Assembly (NCBI GenBank): GCA_028023455.1
Contig: JAQFVV010000008.1
Span: forward strand, 7,068,001-7,132,000
DNA: 64,000 nucleotides
DNA from: Epiperipatus broadwayi
Taxonomy: Eukaryota > Animalia > Onychophora
Direction of reading: 5' to 3'
Shown here: positions 62,631 to 64,000 of the stretch, piece after piece
How positions within the stretch are numbered: the stretch's first letter is position 1
How the letters are laid out: every line of letters starts with the position of its first letter
The notes under the pieces: model-generated
What the model saw: only the letters and a program-made list of their open reading frames with translations
What the model was told of the DNA's origin: nothing
Databases searched by the model: none
Made by a program: the position numbers and the translations under genes

Positions 62631-63639
62631 TTCAGAGGATCAAGACTGAGTAAGTTCTAGAAACCTTTAAATACCAAATAAAAAATCAGTTTGATAAATG
62701 CAAACTAAGACTCAGTTTTGACGCTCTGAATATTTCAGTGGTGCTTTAAAATTATTTAGTCTGTATATAAATTAAAATAATAGTCAAAATTATTCCTAAA
62801 ATTTAATTAAAGAAACAAAAACATATGCAAGTTAATTTGTTTTTTTCAGGTTGACAATTTAACAATTCAGCTTGTTTCTGGAGCAATTTACATCTTTGTA
62901 GCAAGTAAAGAATGATGATTTTTTAAATATTACGAAATTTCAATAAAATTATATATATATTGTTAAACTAAAAGAAGGATGTTTCAATTATTTTTTTAAT
63001 TTTAAACAATTTTATGTTGTTGGTTTTTTTTTCATAATCATAACATTGATTCCTAAAATGTATAAAATAGAAACATGTAGTTGTTGGTTAGTATATTCCA
63101 TGTTATTTTTTGATTCCAGACTTAAGCAGAACAAAAGATATTTAGTCAGAATGATTTTCATGTGATTTCCAGTAGCCAGTGTTGATAGTATAATAAAAAT
63201 CATGTTTTCTTAATTCTTCTGGATGGGCAATTGGCAAATGACTGTATGAGATAAAGATTAACAATAGACCACAAATAAAATATTTTATTTTGTGTCTAAA
63301 AAAGGACTTACTGGAAAAATAATGCTCAAAGAACTGCCTTCCATTTATGACAAATAAGGAGTTATATTGTAAGACTGCTTTATGCAGGTAAATAAAGCAA
63401 TTAAGTCACAAAAAAACATTTCCTAACCCCTCTTTAAATAAATCGCAGTTTTAGAACTACATAAGTTTGTGATTTATAGAAAATTACCCAAAAGTATTCA
63501 AAATTGGAAAAAAAATGGCAATTTTTATGCTTCCATATAACAATAATTCTAGATTAAATGTCAAATAATAATAATAATATGATTGTTTGAATATTCAAAT
63601 AACATAGGCTAAACTGAGGTAGTTTTTTTTTTACTTTAT

Positions 63640-63710
63640 TCAGTTTAGAATGAAACTTGGAACTTTAAGATCTTGAGTTTAAGCTATTCTACCACTACAC
63701 TAGATCATCC
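63640..63710 (-). mobile_element. Possible degenerate tRNA-derived SINE head
   Basis: Minus strand TAGTGTAGTGGTAGAATA...AAGTTCCAAGTTTCATTC; B-box poor. Confidence 0.25.
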
Positions 63711-63888
63711 ATATAACATAAATAATTAAACCACTAAACATCTCATGAACACCATTTCCTATGCTTACATAAGCTGTTAAAACAGTAGCAAACTTTCCAT
63801 ACAATAGTGTCACCAAGTGCAAACCATAGTAATTAATGGATGCAAGAGAGTTTGTGCATAATATATATCTAGTGCCTACTCATTTAAT

Positions 63889-63931
63889 ATTCCCAGACTA
63901 GTTTCTAGCTTATGACTTTCATCAGTGAGAA
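63889..63931 (-). ncRNA. Minimal type I hammerhead ribozyme, intact core
   Basis: TTCTCA CTGATGA A-AGT-CATAA-GCT-A GAAA CTAG TC TGGGAA. Confidence 0.8.
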
Positions 63932-63955
63932 AGAAGCCTGCTCTCAGATACAAAG

Positions 63956-63999
63956 ATCCTCACTGATGAAAGCTATAAGCTAGAAACTAGTCTGGGGAT
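63956..63999 (+). ncRNA. Minimal type I hammerhead ribozyme, intact core
   Basis: ATCCTCA CTGATGA A-AGC-TATAA-GCT-A GAAA CTAG TC TGGGGAT. Stem I is 7 bp, stem III is palindromic CUAG, and GUC cleavage is predicted after 63992. Confidence 0.85.
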
Positions 64000-64000
64000 A

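Larger units (their letters stand above)
63745..64000. mobile_element. Family A copy with two intact opposed hammerheads, cut by window end
   Basis: Tail at 63745-63785, left arm to 63931, right arm from 63956. Confidence 0.9.

Overview
AT-rich, visibly CpG-depleted eukaryotic DNA, probably from an invertebrate (inference). It is a transposon graveyard: I can confidently identify no intact protein-coding gene, only a few isolated candidate exons. Recognisable relics are two Penelope-like elements (PLE; RT and/or GIY-YIG), several LINEs (RTE, L1/Tx1-like, other), Gypsy-like fragments, two young tRNA-Gly-like SINEs with TSDs, MITEs, a ~2.7-kb duplication, and a fully bounded 3.67-kb Merlin DNA transposon whose right TIR is split by a MITE. 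The most striking pattern is a set of six to seven short repeat families (labelled A-G here). Most share one architecture: an inverted truncated arm, then one or more tandem monomers, often with a one-sided 30-60-nt tail. Most carry minimal type I hammerhead ribozyme (HHR) motifs: intact in family A, reconstructable by consensus in B, degenerate in C, D, E and G, and not found in F. Family C joins a tRNA-derived head to the HHR-like motif. All alignments, folds and translations were done by eye; no database searches were run.
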